Source of the DNA: a virus
Taxonomy: Duplodnaviria; Caudoviricetes
Reading direction: 5' to 3' (one strand)
Virus record (IMG/VR): IMGVR_UViG_3300037584_005633
Coordinates: 1 to 60,868 of that record
Length of the DNA stretch: 60,868 nt
The notes beneath the pieces were generated by a model. That model was not told the origin of the DNA. It ran no database searches and saw only the letters and a program-made list of their open reading frames with translations. The position numbers and the translations under genes are program-made. Below, one piece after another: positions 45,854 to 55,468 of this stretch. Every line of letters begins with the position of its first letter. Position 1 is the stretch's first letter.

Positions 45854-47329
45854 ATGCAAAAAGAATTACTGACTACTGACCAGCTAAGAATAGCTGTAGA
45901 GAAAAAATGGATTGAGCACATAAAGTTGTGCCAAGATAATTTTATATATTTTGTAAAAGAAGTATGGCCTGATTTTATATGTAGATTGGATCCTAATCCT
46001 AAAAAGTGGGGGCATCATCAACATATAGCTTCTGAGTTCACACAGATTTCAAAAGAAAAAAAAGGAAGGCTCATTATCAATATGCCTCCTAGACATACTA
46101 AATCAGAATTTGCTTCATTCTTATTTCCTGCATGGATGATAGGGAAGTACCCTGGATTAAAAATAATGCAAGTTTCTCACAATGCAGAGTTATCATCAAG
46201 GTTCGGATCTAAGGTTCGTAACTTAATGGAGCAGAGGGAGTATAAACAGATCTTTGGAGATGTTAAACTAAGAGAAGATAGTAAGGCTAAAGGACGTTGG
46301 GAGACTAATCATGGTGGCGAATATTATGCAGCGGGGGTAGGCGGTTCTATCACAGGACGAGGGGCGGACTTACTTATTATCGATGATCCACATACTGAGC
46401 AAGATGCTATGTCAGAATCAGCCATGGAGCGAGCATACGATTGGTATGTATCAGGACCAAGACAGCGTTTACAACCTGGTGGCTCGATAGTCGTGGTTAT
46501 GACTAGATGGGCAGAGGACGACCTGACTGGTAGATTAATCAAGGCTCAGAAAGAACCCAAAGCTGACAAATGGAATTTAATTTCTTTTCCTGCAATACTA
46601 GATTCAGGTAACCCTGTATGGCCTGAGTATTGGGAACTAGAAGAATTAGAAAAAGTAAAAGCATCACTTCCTATTCGTAATTGGTCTGCTCAATATATGC
46701 AGAACCCAACCTCAGAAGAAGGAGCAATTCTTAAAAGAGAATGGTGGTTACCTTGGGAGTCAGAGCATATACCAAAGTTACAACACGTTATTCAATCTTA
46801 TGATACAGCATTTAGTGCAAAAGAAACCGCAGACTATTCTGCCATTACAACTTGGGGTGTCTTCTTTCCAAAGGAAGATGGTAAACCTGCAATGATTCTA
46901 TTAGATGCATTGAAAGGTAAATTTGATTTTCCTGAGCTCAAGGCTGTAGCATTAGAACAATACAAATATTGGGAACCTGAAACAGTAATTATAGAAGCAA
47001 AAGCATCTGGAGAACCATTAACACAAGAATTTAGAAGAGTAGGCATACCTGTTACACCTTACGTTCCATCTCGTGGAAAAGATAAGCATTCAAGGGTAAA
47101 TGCGTGTGCTCCTGTATTTGAAAGTGGAGGTATTTATTATCCTGAAGGCGAAAGATTTGCAGAAGATGTAATTGAAGAATGTGCTGCGTTTCCTCACGGA
47201 GCTTACGATGACTTTGTCGACAGCACCACACAAGCCGTGTTAAGATACCGACAAGGTAGATTCATAGAAATGTTAGATGACTATGAAGAGGAAAGATATA
47301 ACATTCCGAAGGAGTATGTATATTATTAA
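45854..47329 (+). CDS. terL: terminase large subunit
   Basis: MPPRHTKS, IIDDP, TRW..DDL.G, SYDTA, IEAKASG, DDFVDS. Confidence 0.95.
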   Translation: MQKELLTTDQLRIAVEKKWIEHIKLCQDNFIYFVKEVWPDFICRLDPNPKKWGHHQHIASEFTQISKEKKGRLIINMPPRHTKSEFASFLFPAWMIGKYPGLKIMQVSHNAELSSRFGSKVRNLMEQREYKQIFGDVKLREDSKAKGRWETNHGGEYYAAGVGGSITGRGADLLIIDDPHTEQDAMSESAMERAYDWYVSGPRQRLQPGGSIVVVMTRWAEDDLTGRLIKAQKEPKADKWNLISFPAILDSGNPVWPEYWELEELEKVKASLPIRNWSAQYMQNPTSEEGAILKREWWLPWESEHIPKLQHVIQSYDTAFSAKETADYSAITTWGVFFPKEDGKPAMILLDALKGKFDFPELKAVALEQYKYWEPETVIIEAKASGEPLTQEFRRVGIPVTPYVPSRGKDKHSRVNACAPVFESGGIYYPEGERFAEDVIEECAAFPHGAYDDFVDSTTQAVLRYRQGRFIEMLDDYEEERYNIPKEYVYY

Positions 47330-49575
47330 TGTCAGGATTAAAAGAATTAATGGAACAGGAAAGGCTTGAGGACGAGCCTACGTCTACAGTTCCTAAAGTC
47401 AAATCAGATTATACAGAACCTTACGAACCGTCAGCCATTAAAGGTTTAGCTGGGCTCGCGGTCGCTGGTGCGGGAGCCTTTGCTCTTAGAAACCCTATCG
47501 GTAGAGCCATTAGTAGAATTGCAAATCTTAGAACACCCAAGGCACCACTATCACGGAACACGAAGCCAGTTGTTGATGAAGTTGATGAGGTGTTAACAAT
47601 CGCTCCGACTAAAGTTGATAGAGGTAGAGCGGTAGCTAAATTATCTCAACAGGAACAAATACGACAAGAAGCAATTGAAAGATCTAATGAACTGAAAAAA
47701 ATTGCGTACATGAAACCCTTATCTCGTGGTGGTAAGACAAACAGAATTGGATCTTCACTTTGGGATTATATTGCAAGACACCCAATTGCAGGTGCAAGAA
47801 AACCAAGTGAGTGGATTAAAGATTTTAAATCTACAGGTCCTGGATCCTTTAAGACAGGTAATCCTGAATTTAAAAATATTTCACAAGCAGTAAAGAAAGA
47901 TGAGTTGTGGGATTCAAACATAGCTCAATTTGATAAACAAGGAAATCTTGTTGGTGGATTTTTAAAAGTTGCTCAAGAAAAAAATATTCCTCTTACAAAA
48001 ATGGATTTATTATACATCGTTGAGAAGTCACCTGTGAATAATCTTAAAACAAGAAAACTAAGAATGAATACTCAAATTGTTGATGAGGCAGAAGATTCTA
48101 TTGGTCAAATTAATTCTGCTCTTACAGACATTAGAAACAAGGTAGTAGCAATTCCTTCAAGAGGTAAGACTGAAGCTGAGATAGAAACTCTTGCGCAGCT
48201 TGTCAAAGATGCTACAGCAACACAAAAGTCCTTAAATAAAATAGGAGCTAGAATAAATAACAAACTTAGAGTTGTTGAAAGCGATGATATTGATGACTTC
48301 AATAACATATTCTCAGCTGACATACAGGCATTTCAAAACATTGCAGACAAAGCAAGAAACGCTGGTGTAGCAATTGATCCGAATGATGTAACAAGAATTG
48401 TTAATTTTGCTAAAGGTAAAGAATTAGAAATAGGAAGAAAAGTCGGTCTAATGAAAACTCAAGGGTTTACTCCTAAGTATGGAAGTTATGGTGAATATAG
48501 AATAAAAGGTGGAGATAAATATTTTGAAGATGTAGTTTACTATCCAAAACCATTACCAATGGGTCAAAGATTACCAAGTGGTTATAACAACCACTATTCT
48601 GGAATTCCAAATCAAGTTTATCATGTCAGAGGCAGTATTAGAACAGGTGGTACAAACCCAAATCAAAAAGTTATGATGATTGATGAGATACAATCTGACT
48701 ATGCGCAAAAATTAAGAAATATAGATCCTACAAGAATGAAAGTTAAAAATGCTTTTGGTGCTGAGATAGAATTTTTTTCATCTAACAGAAAACTAGAGAA
48801 GATTGTTGAGGATATGAAAATGATTGCACGTAAAGGTGTTAATACCACTTCTGATGATATGTTTAGATTTAACAAACTTAAAAATGATTTTAATGAACTA
48901 AAAAGAAATTCTTTAAACCTCTCCAATATTACAAAACAAGAAGCAGGAGAAGGAATTCCATTCTTACCTTTATATGGAAAAGAAAACTGGGGAACACACG
49001 CATTGAAAAACACAATCAAGAATGCAGCTGATGAAGGAGTTGATTGGGTAGCTATTGCACCTGTGGAAAGACTCCACCATGCAAAACGATCTAAATATAT
49101 AGGTGACATTGAATTCTATGGAACGAGAACAGGTAAAGCAGGATTTAAAAACTATAGTGCAAACTCTAAAGCTAGAGGCGACTCTGAGGTAAGAGTATCG
49201 ACTGACCCAAACAAAAAAGCTACATTACCATCGGCTATGGATAAGCTAGCAAGAGAATACAATTCAGAAGTTGGAACAATACAAATAGCTAAGTCTGATC
49301 CCAAAAAACCATATAAGATAGTTACAAATGTGGGCACAAATAAAAAATTTGGACTATCAAAAGAATCTGAGGGTACTGAACATGTGGTTGCTTTTAGAAC
49401 TGCTGATGAAGCAAAGGTATACCAAGATAGATATGGTGGAGATGTAGTAGAGATTTTAGAGGGAGATCCAAGATTATACTTTGAAGCTTATGCTATCAAA
49501 GTGAACCCAGAAATGGCAACAAAACCATTCAAAGCATACAACACGGGCGGTCTAGTCGTAGATATATTTGCATGA
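47329..49575 (+). CDS. large hypothetical protein, probable virion cargo
   Basis: HY...HVR...IDEIQSD motif; ends YNTGGLV. Confidence 0.7.
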   Translation: MSGLKELMEQERLEDEPTSTVPKVKSDYTEPYEPSAIKGLAGLAVAGAGAFALRNPIGRAISRIANLRTPKAPLSRNTKPVVDEVDEVLTIAPTKVDRGRAVAKLSQQEQIRQEAIERSNELKKIAYMKPLSRGGKTNRIGSSLWDYIARHPIAGARKPSEWIKDFKSTGPGSFKTGNPEFKNISQAVKKDELWDSNIAQFDKQGNLVGGFLKVAQEKNIPLTKMDLLYIVEKSPVNNLKTRKLRMNTQIVDEAEDSIGQINSALTDIRNKVVAIPSRGKTEAEIETLAQLVKDATATQKSLNKIGARINNKLRVVESDDIDDFNNIFSADIQAFQNIADKARNAGVAIDPNDVTRIVNFAKGKELEIGRKVGLMKTQGFTPKYGSYGEYRIKGGDKYFEDVVYYPKPLPMGQRLPSGYNNHYSGIPNQVYHVRGSIRTGGTNPNQKVMMIDEIQSDYAQKLRNIDPTRMKVKNAFGAEIEFFSSNRKLEKIVEDMKMIARKGVNTTSDDMFRFNKLKNDFNELKRNSLNLSNITKQEAGEGIPFLPLYGKENWGTHALKNTIKNAADEGVDWVAIAPVERLHHAKRSKYIGDIEFYGTRTGKAGFKNYSANSKARGDSEVRVSTDPNKKATLPSAMDKLAREYNSEVGTIQIAKSDPKKPYKIVTNVGTNKKFGLSKESEGTEHVVAFRTADEAKVYQDRYGGDVVEILEGDPRLYFEAYAIKVNPEMATKPFKAYNTGGLVVDIFA

Positions 49576-49612
49576 TAATATAAATCTGTTATAACAATAG
49601 GAGATATATATC

Positions 49613-50005
49613 ATGGCAAGTAAAAAAATGAAAAAAGCCTTAGCGATAGGCCTTGGAGTTGGACTTGGTGCTAAATTTTTAGCAGGCAAGGCAAGAGCTG
49701 CAAGTATCGCTAACAACGAAGCCAAAGAATTTGGCTACGGTAAAATGAAAAAAAACTACATCACTAAAAAAGTAAAAAACAAAACATTTATGGGTAAAGT
49801 CAAAGACGCAGTAAATGTGTACAAAGAAAAAGGTTTGAACACAGGTCCAGGTATAAATGCAACATCTAAAAAGGGTGGAACATTAGCTGGAGACTATGGA
49901 ACAGCTTTTGATTACTTTGATATGAATACAGGTGGTCAAGCTACAAAGATGGTTAAAGCAAGAGGTGGAAAATTAGTCAATTTGAAACCAACTAAAATGT
50001 CATAA
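49613..50005 (+). CDS. basic hypothetical protein
   Basis: RBS; MNTGG and ARGG motifs. Confidence 0.75.
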   Translation: MASKKMKKALAIGLGVGLGAKFLAGKARAASIANNEAKEFGYGKMKKNYITKKVKNKTFMGKVKDAVNVYKEKGLNTGPGINATSKKGGTLAGDYGTAFDYFDMNTGGQATKMVKARGGKLVNLKPTKMS

Positions 50006-50007
50006 GG

Positions 50008-52344
50008 ATGGCTGAGGTAGACAAACAAAACGAAATTCCTGAAACAGAGGAAGCTGAAGAAGTTGACGTTGAAATAGAATCGGAACAGGAGACACCAGTA
50101 GAGGAACAACCTGAAGAAGATTTTTTTAAAAACTTAGCTGAAGATATGGATGTCCGTACACTTGGACGAATGTCTTCACAGCTTATATCTGATTATAAAA
50201 AGGATAAAGTTTCAAGAGCGGATTGGGAACAAGCTTACACCCAAGGTTTAGATTTACTTGGTTTCAAGTATGTGCAAAACACTAGACCTTTTCAGGGTGC
50301 AAGTGGTGTAACCCATCCGCTTCTATCTGAAGCTGTTACACAATTTCAAGCACAGGCATACAAAGAATTATTACCAAGCGATGGTCCTGTCAAAACACAA
50401 ATCGTTGGGGCACAGACAAGTGAAGTAGAAGATCAGGCAACTCGTGTAAAAGATTTCATGAACTATATGTTGATGGAAAAAATGGAAGAGTACACACCTG
50501 ACACTGATCAGTTATTATTTTATTTACCACTTGCAGGTTCTGCATTTAAAAAAATTTATTATGATGAAATAAAACAAAGAGCAGTTGCAAAGTTTGTACC
50601 TGCAGAAGATTTAGTCGTACCATATTATGCAACAGATTTAAAAGATTGTGAAAGAATTACTCACGTAGTTAAAATGTCAGAGAACGATGTTCTTAAACAA
50701 CAAAAAGCAGGATTCTATAGAGATGTAGAATTAATTGCCAAACAAGCAGAAAAAAGTCCAATACAAGATAAACTTAATGAATTAGAAGGTGTAAAACCTT
50801 CAGGTAACAAAGAATACCAATATAATATTTTAGAAATGCATGTTGATTGCAACTTAAATGAATTTGAAAAAGAAAATGCAGAGAAAGAAGTCAAACTTCC
50901 TTACATAATTTCAATCGATGAAGGTTCAGGTGAGATTTTATCTATTTACAGAAACTATAATCAAGATGATGATATGCAAGCAAGAAAAGAATACTTCGTT
51001 CATTATAAGTTTTTACCTGGTTTAGGTTTCTATGGTTTTGGTTTGATACATATGATTGGTGGATTATCTAGATCTGCAACACAAGCATTAAGACAATTGC
51101 TTGATGCAGGTACTTTAGCGAATTTACCCGCAGGATTTAAGTCCAGAGGTATAAGAATTCGTGATGATGATCAGCCTTTTCAACCTGGAGAGTTCAGAGA
51201 TGTGGACGCACCCGGTGGTAATATACGTGATCAGTTCCAAATTCTACCTTTTAAAGAGCCAAGTGCAACTTTATTTCAACTTTTAGGCTTTGTTGTACAA
51301 GCAGGACAACGTTTTGCAGCGATTGCAGACATGCAATTAGGTGAAGATGCACAAAATAGAGCTGTTGGAACTACAATTGCTCTCTTGGAGCGTGGCTCAA
51401 GGGTCATGAGTGCGATTCACAAGCGTTGTTACTATGCAATGAGACAAGAATTTAGACTTTTAGCGACTGTTTTTGCCGATTATCTACCACCTATCTATCC
51501 ATATGCAGTAACAAACGCAGATAGATTTGTAAAATTACAAGATTTTGACGATAGAGTAGATGTTATACCTGTTGCAGACCCAAATATCTTCTCAATGTCA
51601 CAAAGAGTGACGTTAGCAAACGAAAATTTGAAAATTGCAGCATCAAATCCACAAATGCACAACCTTAGAGAAGCTTACAGAAGAGTTTATGAAGCATTAG
51701 GTACAAAAAACATCGATGCAATATTAAAACCAGAGATTCAACCTACTCCAAAAGATCCTGCAACGGAAAATGCTGAAGCATTACAGATGAAAATACCAAA
51801 AGCGTTTCCTGAACAAGATCATCAAGCTCACATTGCAGCTCATAGAGCGTTTATGGCCACGAGAATGGTTCAAATCAATCCTATGGTTTACGCTTTGCTA
51901 CAAGGACACATATCAGAACACGTAGCATTACAAGCTCATGGTGAAATAGGTGACATGGTAGAAAATACAGCTGAATTAGCACAACAAGCACAAACTGATC
52001 CACAAGGATTTAAAATATTATTTGATAGTATGGTTGCAAAAAGGGTTGCTGAAATAACTATGCAACTAGCTCAAGAAGAAGCAGGAATGCAAAAACAAGA
52101 TCCTCTTGTTGCACTTAAACAAAGAGAATTAGATTTAAGGGCTATGGATATGCAAAGAAAAGCTCAAGAAACTATGATGGATCAAGATAGAAAAGCAGGT
52201 GAGTTTGAAGAAAGACTTGATTTTGATAAAATGAAACTTGAATCTGCTGAGGATCAAGCAGGAGAAAGAATTAGAATTGCTGAGGAGAAAATGGATATGA
52301 ATGCAGCAATACAACAGGAACGTAACAATGCGAAGAAAAATTAG
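50008..52344 (+). CDS. portal protein
   Basis: GASGVTHP.L.EA..QFQA, GSAFKK.Y, GFYGFG, QLLDAGTL.N, PGEFRDVD. Confidence 0.9.
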   Translation: MAEVDKQNEIPETEEAEEVDVEIESEQETPVEEQPEEDFFKNLAEDMDVRTLGRMSSQLISDYKKDKVSRADWEQAYTQGLDLLGFKYVQNTRPFQGASGVTHPLLSEAVTQFQAQAYKELLPSDGPVKTQIVGAQTSEVEDQATRVKDFMNYMLMEKMEEYTPDTDQLLFYLPLAGSAFKKIYYDEIKQRAVAKFVPAEDLVVPYYATDLKDCERITHVVKMSENDVLKQQKAGFYRDVELIAKQAEKSPIQDKLNELEGVKPSGNKEYQYNILEMHVDCNLNEFEKENAEKEVKLPYIISIDEGSGEILSIYRNYNQDDDMQARKEYFVHYKFLPGLGFYGFGLIHMIGGLSRSATQALRQLLDAGTLANLPAGFKSRGIRIRDDDQPFQPGEFRDVDAPGGNIRDQFQILPFKEPSATLFQLLGFVVQAGQRFAAIADMQLGEDAQNRAVGTTIALLERGSRVMSAIHKRCYYAMRQEFRLLATVFADYLPPIYPYAVTNADRFVKLQDFDDRVDVIPVADPNIFSMSQRVTLANENLKIAASNPQMHNLREAYRRVYEALGTKNIDAILKPEIQPTPKDPATENAEALQMKIPKAFPEQDHQAHIAAHRAFMATRMVQINPMVYALLQGHISEHVALQAHGEIGDMVENTAELAQQAQTDPQGFKILFDSMVAKRVAEITMQLAQEEAGMQKQDPLVALKQRELDLRAMDMQRKAQETMMDQDRKAGEFEERLDFDKMKLESAEDQAGERIRIAEEKMDMNAAIQQERNNAKKN

Positions 52345-53017
52345 AAAATTTCAAGGTGGAGGAATGGATGCCTCCAAATCAGACTTTAAAAGTCCGTCAA
52401 GCAAGGGCTCTGATCACTCACACTCAAGGTTTGAAACAGGCTCTGGATATTATGGAGAAACACCAACAAATACTGGTGGTGGCAAAGGCACTACTATAAC
52501 AAATAACCCACCTGTAAAAACCAAAAAGAATTTAGGTGTGAATGTAAATCCTGTTACAACTGTTTTAAATGTTGCAGGTAGTGTTGTAGGTAACATTCCT
52601 TTTCTTGGTTATGGTGTTGATCAATTAAATAAATTTTCAAAATATACTAAACAACAAACTGCGAAAGGCGAAACTTTATTTGGAAATCCAAAAAAAGGTA
52701 ATAAAGGAATGCCTCTCACTAGAGATTTTTATAGGACAGAAAATAAACCACTTGATGTAACGAGTGCAGAGGGTAAAAGTTATATGAAAGATGCGGGATT
52801 TTTAAAAGGCCCTCCTCAAAATACAGGTGGAGGTGATGGTATTGGAGAAACAAAAAAAGGCTTATGCCCTGACGGCACTAATCCTCCATGTAAAACTCCT
52901 ATTACTCAAATAAAACAACCTGTTTCAAAACCGAACCCTTTCTTAGCTGGTTTTAAAGCATATGACGATGGTGGTGAAGTTGTGATATCATCTAATGTAG
53001 ATAAGGATTTATTATGA
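52328..53017 (+). CDS. hypothetical protein, probable virion cargo
   Basis: FQGGG near N-terminus, YDDGG near C-terminus, CPDGTNPPC. Confidence 0.7.
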   Translation: MRRKIRKFQGGGMDASKSDFKSPSSKGSDHSHSRFETGSGYYGETPTNTGGGKGTTITNNPPVKTKKNLGVNVNPVTTVLNVAGSVVGNIPFLGYGVDQLNKFSKYTKQQTAKGETLFGNPKKGNKGMPLTRDFYRTENKPLDVTSAEGKSYMKDAGFLKGPPQNTGGGDGIGETKKGLCPDGTNPPCKTPITQIKQPVSKPNPFLAGFKAYDDGGEVVISSNVDKDLL

Positions 53018-53190
53018 TTGGAAAAAAATCAGGAGCACCACCTAAAAAAGGACCTAACCCAAATATACCACCTATTAAATTTGGTGAGGGTGGAATGAAG
53101 TGTCCTCATAGAGAATCAACGAATAAAAATGTTTATCCTGGTAATAATAATATACAGGTCAAAGGTTTTAAATTTATAGGAGTAAGATAA
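53014..53190 (+). CDS. 58-aa peptide (not in track)
   Basis: MIGKKSGAPPKKGPNP..FGEGG..QVKGFKFIGVR; coupled. Confidence 0.7.
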   Translation: MIGKKSGAPPKKGPNPNIPPIKFGEGGMKCPHRESTNKNVYPGNNNIQVKGFKFIGVR

Positions 53191-53336
53191 TGTTTACATG
53201 GATATTAGATTTTATTAGAACTCTTCTTTTTAAACCAAGAGTATATGAATCAAAAAAAATAACTTTAGATCCTTGTTGGAAACATATGGTTTTTAAAAAG
53301 GGTTGTCCAACATGTAGGAGTTTAAATGCCGAGTAG
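53190..53336 (+). CDS. 48-aa peptide with CxxH...CxxC (not in track)
   Basis: RBS; PCWKHMVFKKGCPTC. Confidence 0.65.
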   Translation: MFTWILDFIRTLLFKPRVYESKKITLDPCWKHMVFKKGCPTCRSLNAE

Positions 53337-53511
53337 AATATCACAATTATTGGTCTTGCTTGAAGAAGCAAAAGAAAAAGGCGATACAGATAAAGTAAAA
53401 GAAATAGAAAGCGATCTTTTCAAAGAAAGAAAAATGAAAGCTGGTGGAGAGGTCGAAGAAGGTGAAGTAGAATTAGTTAAAGGTGGCGGTTACACAAGCG
53501 ATCTTCTATAA
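53326..53511 (+). CDS. hypothetical peptide
   Basis: RBS; MKAGG motif. Confidence 0.7.
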   Translation: MPSRISQLLVLLEEAKEKGDTDKVKEIESDLFKERKMKAGGEVEEGEVELVKGGGYTSDLL

Positions 53512-53991
53512 ATGTTTGAATTCTTATCTGACCGAGAAAAATTAATATTTTTATCAGGAATATTTGAGGGCGAAGGTTGTTTTGGCCATTATAGCAATGG
53601 TCGAAAGGAAAGACGCATTGAAATACAACTACAAATGACCGATCCTGATGTAGTAAACAAATTTTACCAATTTTTTGAAAAAGGTAGTATTTCCAAGAAA
53701 GAATTTACCAACCATTATAAAACACTATATCGCTGGAAGGTATCAGGGCTAGAGGCTTTAAAAATTCTACATAAAATGTTACCTTATTTTTGTAAAAGGA
53801 GAAAAGAAAATTACTATGGCATGGTTCAATCTATTAGGAATGGCAGTAAAGACGGGAGCGCATATATACTCGAACCGTCAAAAAACAAAACAAGCAATGT
53901 CAGACGCACAACTAATGCATGCACAGAAGATGGCAGCAGGGGAGGAAGCTTACCAGGGCAAACTTCTGGAAGCTCGGCAAAACGATTATAA
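53512..53991 (+). CDS. free-standing LAGLIDADG-type homing endonuclease-like protein
   Basis: FLSGIFEGEGCF helix; MTDPDVV; Y.W.V.G..A..IL..M.PY...RR. Confidence 0.8.
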   Translation: MFEFLSDREKLIFLSGIFEGEGCFGHYSNGRKERRIEIQLQMTDPDVVNKFYQFFEKGSISKKEFTNHYKTLYRWKVSGLEALKILHKMLPYFCKRRKENYYGMVQSIRNGSKDGSAYILEPSKNKTSNVRRTTNACTEDGSRGGSLPGQTSGSSAKRL

Positions 53992-54199
53992 GGACGAATT
54001 TATTTTATTGATTTTGTCCGCGCCCGTGTTGGTGCTCGCTTGGGCAGTTCTAAGTGAAGACCCAACTGCTATGGATAAGGTAAAATTATTCTTTGAATAC
54101 TTCTCGCAGCTTCCGAGCTGGTTTACAAACCTTTGGATCCTTGTCGTTGCGAGCGTTTATGGGATAAAGGGCACTCAAATCTTCAAGGGTAAGAAGTAG
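53816..54199 (+). CDS. holin-like membrane protein
   Basis: KDEF plus two TM segments; LP.W..L..VVASVYG. Confidence 0.7.
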   Translation: MAWFNLLGMAVKTGAHIYSNRQKTKQAMSDAQLMHAQKMAAGEEAYQGKLLEARQNDYKDEFILLILSAPVLVLAWAVLSEDPTAMDKVKLFFEYFSQLPSWFTNLWILVVASVYGIKGTQIFKGKK

Positions 54200-54233
54200 T
54201 TGCATTCAATCATCATTTAGTTATAAGTAGCTT

Positions 54234-54821
54234 ATGTTAAGTGGAGATAGCTACGAATATGAATTACTTGAAAGATGGACTAAAGAATTTGATTGCCAAG
54301 GTTATAAATCATGTGAGATCGGAGTTAATAAGGGATATGGGTCTAAGGTTATTATGGACAATATCACTAATAATTATATCCATGTGGGTGTTGATCCTTA
54401 CGGTGATTTGAAATATCAACACTTCGACAAACAAAAAGATTATCAATGGAAAGGTTATGAAAGAGGAATAGCTCCTACTTATCCAGATACCTTAAGAGAT
54501 CAAATGCTTTATGATTTAATGCCATATCGTAAGCAGGGTAAATTTACTTTATGTAATATGACAGATATTGATTTTATGACAATATCAAAACATAAGGATT
54601 CTAAATTTGCTTTTGTATTTTTTGATGGGCCTCACATGACAAAAGACGTAATTACAGAAGCTGTTTGGTTTGCACAAAGAACAGCACCTATTACAAGATT
54701 TGTGTTTGATGATTACCCTATGTATGATATGAATTTAATAGCAAACATTATGAAGTATTACGGTTTTAAAGGGCTTGAAAAAGGTAAAAACAAAGTTTGT
54801 TTAGAAAAAAATGAATCTTGA
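54234..54821 (+). CDS. class I SAM-dependent methyltransferase (Methyltransf_24-like)
   Basis: EIGV..G.GS, VDPY, FDGPH, FDD. Confidence 0.85.
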   Translation: MLSGDSYEYELLERWTKEFDCQGYKSCEIGVNKGYGSKVIMDNITNNYIHVGVDPYGDLKYQHFDKQKDYQWKGYERGIAPTYPDTLRDQMLYDLMPYRKQGKFTLCNMTDIDFMTISKHKDSKFAFVFFDGPHMTKDVITEAVWFAQRTAPITRFVFDDYPMYDMNLIANIMKYYGFKGLEKGKNKVCLEKNES

Positions 54822-55020
54822 TTTAGATACGTTAGCTCAAATAAAACATTACATAAATAAACAGATCACAAAGGTAAAAGAGGATCTGGTGTACCATGTA
54901 GACACAATCGACAACTTGCAGTATTCTAGGGGGAAACTCAGCGCATTAGAAACGCTGCTACAGGATCTAAAAGACCTGCAGAGAAACGAGGAGAATGTCG
55001 ATGACGATAATAACACCTGA
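54811..55020 (+). CDS. small conserved protein before GroES
   Basis: Y..G...AL pattern, coupled ORF. Confidence 0.7.
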   Translation: MNLDLDTLAQIKHYINKQITKVKEDLVYHVDTIDNLQYSRGKLSALETLLQDLKDLQRNEENVDDDNNT

Positions 55021-55456
55021 TCCCTCAATTGTCGGGATCAAGAAAACAAAGAATGGTGAGGCTGCACCAGATTCAAAAGAAACAGCCATACCTACAGATC
55101 CAGAGGGTATAAAAAAATATCTTAGCATCATTCCAAAACCTGTTGGATACAGACTTTTAGTAAGACCTTACGCAGGTCCGAAAAAAACTAAAGGGGGAAT
55201 TATTCTTACTGATACATCAAGTGAAACAATTCAAATGACGACCGTTGTTGGTTTAGTTGTAGAAATGGGTGATCTTTGTTATGCAGATAAAGAAAAATTT
55301 CCAAAAGGTCCTTGGTGCAAGAAGGGTCAATTCGTAATCTACGGTAGATATGCCGGTTCTAGATTCAAAACAAAATATGGTGAACATCGTATTTTGAACG
55401 ATGATGAAATCATCGCAACAATAGCAAAACCAGAAGATATTCTGCATTTATATTAA
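54995..55456 (+). CDS. groES: co-chaperonin GroES-like
   Basis: P.GYRLLV.P..KTKGGIIL..VV.MG..Y.G..LNDDEIIA. Confidence 0.9.
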   Translation: MSMTIITPDPSIVGIKKTKNGEAAPDSKETAIPTDPEGIKKYLSIIPKPVGYRLLVRPYAGPKKTKGGIILTDTSSETIQMTTVVGLVVEMGDLCYADKEKFPKGPWCKKGQFVIYGRYAGSRFKTKYGEHRILNDDEIIATIAKPEDILHLY

Positions 55457-55468
55457 GGAGGACACATC

